A stretch of DNA of 38,056 nucleotides from Bdellovibrionales bacterium (GTDB lineage Bacteria > Pseudomonadota > Alphaproteobacteria > UBA9219), in contig JBFXDW010000002.1 of the NCBI GenBank assembly GCA_050180745.1, positions 1 to 38,056 on the forward strand, read 5' to 3'. Position numbers and translations under genes: made by a program. Within the stretch, counting starts at the first letter, position 1, and every line of letters begins with the position of its first letter. This document shows positions 36,020 to 38,056 of the stretch, in pieces. The notes beneath the pieces are model-generated. The model did not search any database and had not been told where the DNA came from. It saw only the letters and a list, made by a program, of their open reading frames with translations.

Positions 36020-37227
36020 TGACTTCTTTTTCCTATCGCGCTGTTCACACTCAGTCCGGAGCTATTGAAAAAGGCACGCTTTATGCTGAGAACGAAAATG
36101 ATCTCATCTCTATCCTCGCTCGTAAAGAGCTTGAACTCATCGACGTGCAGAAAAAGAAGAACCGCACGATCTACTATAAAGATAAACAAAAAGAGGAAGA
36201 TCAAAAACTTCTTTTCATCTTTCAGATGGAAGACCTTTTGCATGCAGGCCTAAATCTTCCGGAATGCCTAGCGCTTATTCTGAAAAACATGGAGAACAGC
36301 ACAACAAAAGATAAGCTCACCAATCTTGAAAGCGCTGTACGCGCCGGAACGTCTGTTGCGGAAAGCGCAGGCAAAGAAAGCAACTGGTTTGACTCTGTCT
36401 CATTATCTATCCTTAGAGCAGGCGAGCAAAGCGGCAAAATGGCCGAAGCCTTTTCGCGCCTCGGCATTTATTTTAAGAAACAAAAAGAATTTCGCGAAAC
36501 TCTATTACGCACTATTCGTTACCCCCTTTTTCTGTTGGCTATCAGTTTATGCGTGACAAGTTTTATGATGCTGTGGGTTGTTCCTCAGGTCACAGATTTT
36601 CTTTTAAACCAAGGACGCGAGCTTCCTCTGGCCACGCGCCTGTTGATTAGCGGTACGCAAATATGTCAAGTTTTATGGTGGGCTTTACCTCTTTGTCTCG
36701 CCCTCATAAGCCTTGCCAGTTTCATCGCCCGTCGCACCTCGCCCAAAGCGATAAGAACAACGGATCGCTGGCTTTTGAAAACTCCTTATCTTGGCGCTAT
36801 TCTGCAAAAACTGGCCATAGCGCGCATGATGGAGAGTTTAGCACTCCTCCTTCAAGCCAATCTTGAACTCACTCATGCCTTTAAAATATCAATTGCCTCT
36901 CTGCACAACAGCCATCTGATGGCTCTAGCAACACAGGCCTATAAAAGAATTATAGAAGGCAATTCTTTCTCGCAAAGCCTTGCGCCGTTCCTGTCGCCCT
37001 TTCTGGTACAGCGACTCCAGATCGGAGAACAAAGCAGCCAACTCCCAAAAACCATTGCCGCCATAGCCACCAACCTTGAACAAGAGGCACGAAGAAGTCT
37101 TGCCTCTTTTCTTGCCGCGCTGGAACCGGCTTTAACAATACTTGTCGGCGCGTTGATGCTGTGGGTGGTTCTAGCGGTTCTGGGGCCTCTCTATGGCTCT
37201 CTTGGCGTTATCGCGGGAGGCGTATAG
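36019..37227 (+). CDS. GspF/PilC/MshG-family inner-membrane platform protein
   Basis: 402 aa. The start overlaps the ATPase stop (TAATG). It has two T2SSF-type repeats (..AGEQSGKMAEAFSRLGIYF.. and ..IGEQSSQLPKTIAAIATNLE..) and three hydrophobic segments. Confidence 0.9.
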   Translation: MTSFSYRAVHTQSGAIEKGTLYAENENDLISILARKELELIDVQKKKNRTIYYKDKQKEEDQKLLFIFQMEDLLHAGLNLPECLALILKNMENSTTKDKLTNLESAVRAGTSVAESAGKESNWFDSVSLSILRAGEQSGKMAEAFSRLGIYFKKQKEFRETLLRTIRYPLFLLAISLCVTSFMMLWVVPQVTDFLLNQGRELPLATRLLISGTQICQVLWWALPLCLALISLASFIARRTSPKAIRTTDRWLLKTPYLGAILQKLAIARMMESLALLLQANLELTHAFKISIASLHNSHLMALATQAYKRIIEGNSFSQSLAPFLSPFLVQRLQIGEQSSQLPKTIAAIATNLEQEARRSLASFLAALEPALTILVGALMLWVVLAVLGPLYGSLGVIAGGV

Positions 37228-37230
37228 GCG

Positions 37231-38056
37231 ATGAAGAGCTTTATCCTCCTGATCGGTGATGAAGGCGCGCTCCTTTATCCTCCCTCCCATATCAAAAAAG
37301 AGCCTCTTTTCATGAGCACCCATGAAAAAGATTCTTTTTCCCATATACGTACCATGTTGGACGAAGCGCCGCATATGGCTGTCCATATTCTCGTGGACAT
37401 CAGAACCCAGCACATCAGAAAAGAAGATCATCCGGCGCTCTCTTATTTTGATCGCAAGAAACTTCTTGAGCGACGCATCAAACAGGCTTTTCCTAAGACA
37501 CGACTCCGTAGCGTCTTGCCTCAGAACAAAACAGAAGCCATTCTTATCAGCCTTGATGAAACACCTCTTCTTGAAACATATCTTGATCTTTTACGGAACG
37601 TCAAAAATCCCTTAAGCGGCATTAGCCTTTTGCCTTGCGAACTTGAAAGTTTGGTTTCTAAGCTTATTCCCAATCCATCAAGCCATTGGTGCATGCTGCT
37701 TCTTTATCAACAAACAGGTGGATTTCGACAGATTGTAACGCATAAAGGAAAGTTGATTTTTACACGTCTAACACCGCCTCTTCCTGAAACAACATCCGCA
37801 GATTTTGTTGAAGAGCGCCTCACTCAGGATATTCTTGCCACGCGCAATTACTTGGGCCGTTTTGGATTAAAGCGTCGAAGTAAATTTTCTGTTGTCGCCA
37901 TCATGCCCGCTCACCTTAGCACACTAACCCTAGATCACTGCGAAGCAACAATCCTCTCGCCTTCAAATGCCGCACATCAGATACACCTTCCTTACCCTCA
38001 TCACTGGAACAACGGCGCTGATCTGTTATCTCTTTTATGGGCAAGGGCTAGCTTTG
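37231..38056 (+). CDS. Hypothetical protein, partial (possible PilM/GspL/MshI-like assembly component); runs off the right edge
   Basis: The ATG lies 3 nt after the platform gene stop. I translated 275 codons by hand without a stop (MKSFILLIGDEGALLY...ILVDIRTQHI...LLLYQQTGGFRQIVTHKGKLIFTRL...). It is not in the ORF track because it is open-ended. The function is guessed from position and from vague actin-like-fold sequence patterns. Confidence 0.45.
   Translation, partial: MKSFILLIGDEGALLYPPSHIKKEPLFMSTHEKDSFSHIRTMLDEAPHMAVHILVDIRTQHIRKEDHPALSYFDRKKLLERRIKQAFPKTRLRSVLPQNKTEAILISLDETPLLETYLDLLRNVKNPLSGISLLPCELESLVSKLIPNPSSHWCMLLLYQQTGGFRQIVTHKGKLIFTRLTPPLPETTSADFVEERLTQDILATRNYLGRFGLKRRSKFSVVAIMPAHLSTLTLDHCEATILSPSNAAHQIHLPYPHHWNNGADLLSLLWARASF

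Overview
38,056-bp chromosomal window with mid-range GC (about 45-50% by eye). It is most consistent with an alphaproteobacterium, based on a long-linker FtsZ ending [10 protein letters not shown] and on gene content; this is inference only. Contents from left to right follow. (1) A minus-strand type I secretion locus holds a TolC-family OMP, a HlyB-type ABC exporter with a Cys-less C39-like domain, and a HlyD adaptor. After a 200-bp spacer with a sigma70-like promoter come two paralogous membrane-anchored small proteins, a decayed lipase gene fragment, and a giant RTX protein whose N-terminus is a class-3 (GHSLGG) lipase. That ORF leaves the window at position 1, so it is missing from the supplied ORF track. 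(2) tRNA-Arg(TCT), a DUF2061-like protein, an alpha/beta hydrolase, lepA and ftsZ, separated by repeat-filled spacers. (3) Two tandem PEP-CTERM-like secreted paralogs. (4) A STAS protein, a DUF2147-like protein, gltX, two small convergent ORFs, cysS and a SulP permease. (5) A His-motif hypothetical protein, a secreted two-domain protein, and a signal-less BTLCP (LapG-family) cysteine protease gene abutting tRNA-Ala(CGC). (6) A tRNA/palindromic-element hot spot: tRNA-Ala, a tRNA fragment, two MITE-like elements, tRNA-Arg(CCT) and tRNA(CAT). (7) Two perfect DnaA boxes, then a plus-strand type IV pilus/T2SS-like operon with a lipoprotein secretin, two prepilin-type proteins, a GspE/MshE-type ATPase, a GspF-type platform and a partial unknown ORF running off the right edge. 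The best candidate for something undescribed is the T1SS-linked lipase-RTX gene with duplicated, translationally coupled upstream small-protein genes. It looks like a toxin/immunity arrangement that I cannot assign to a described system. I saw no rRNA, CRISPR array, transposase, integrase or phage genes.
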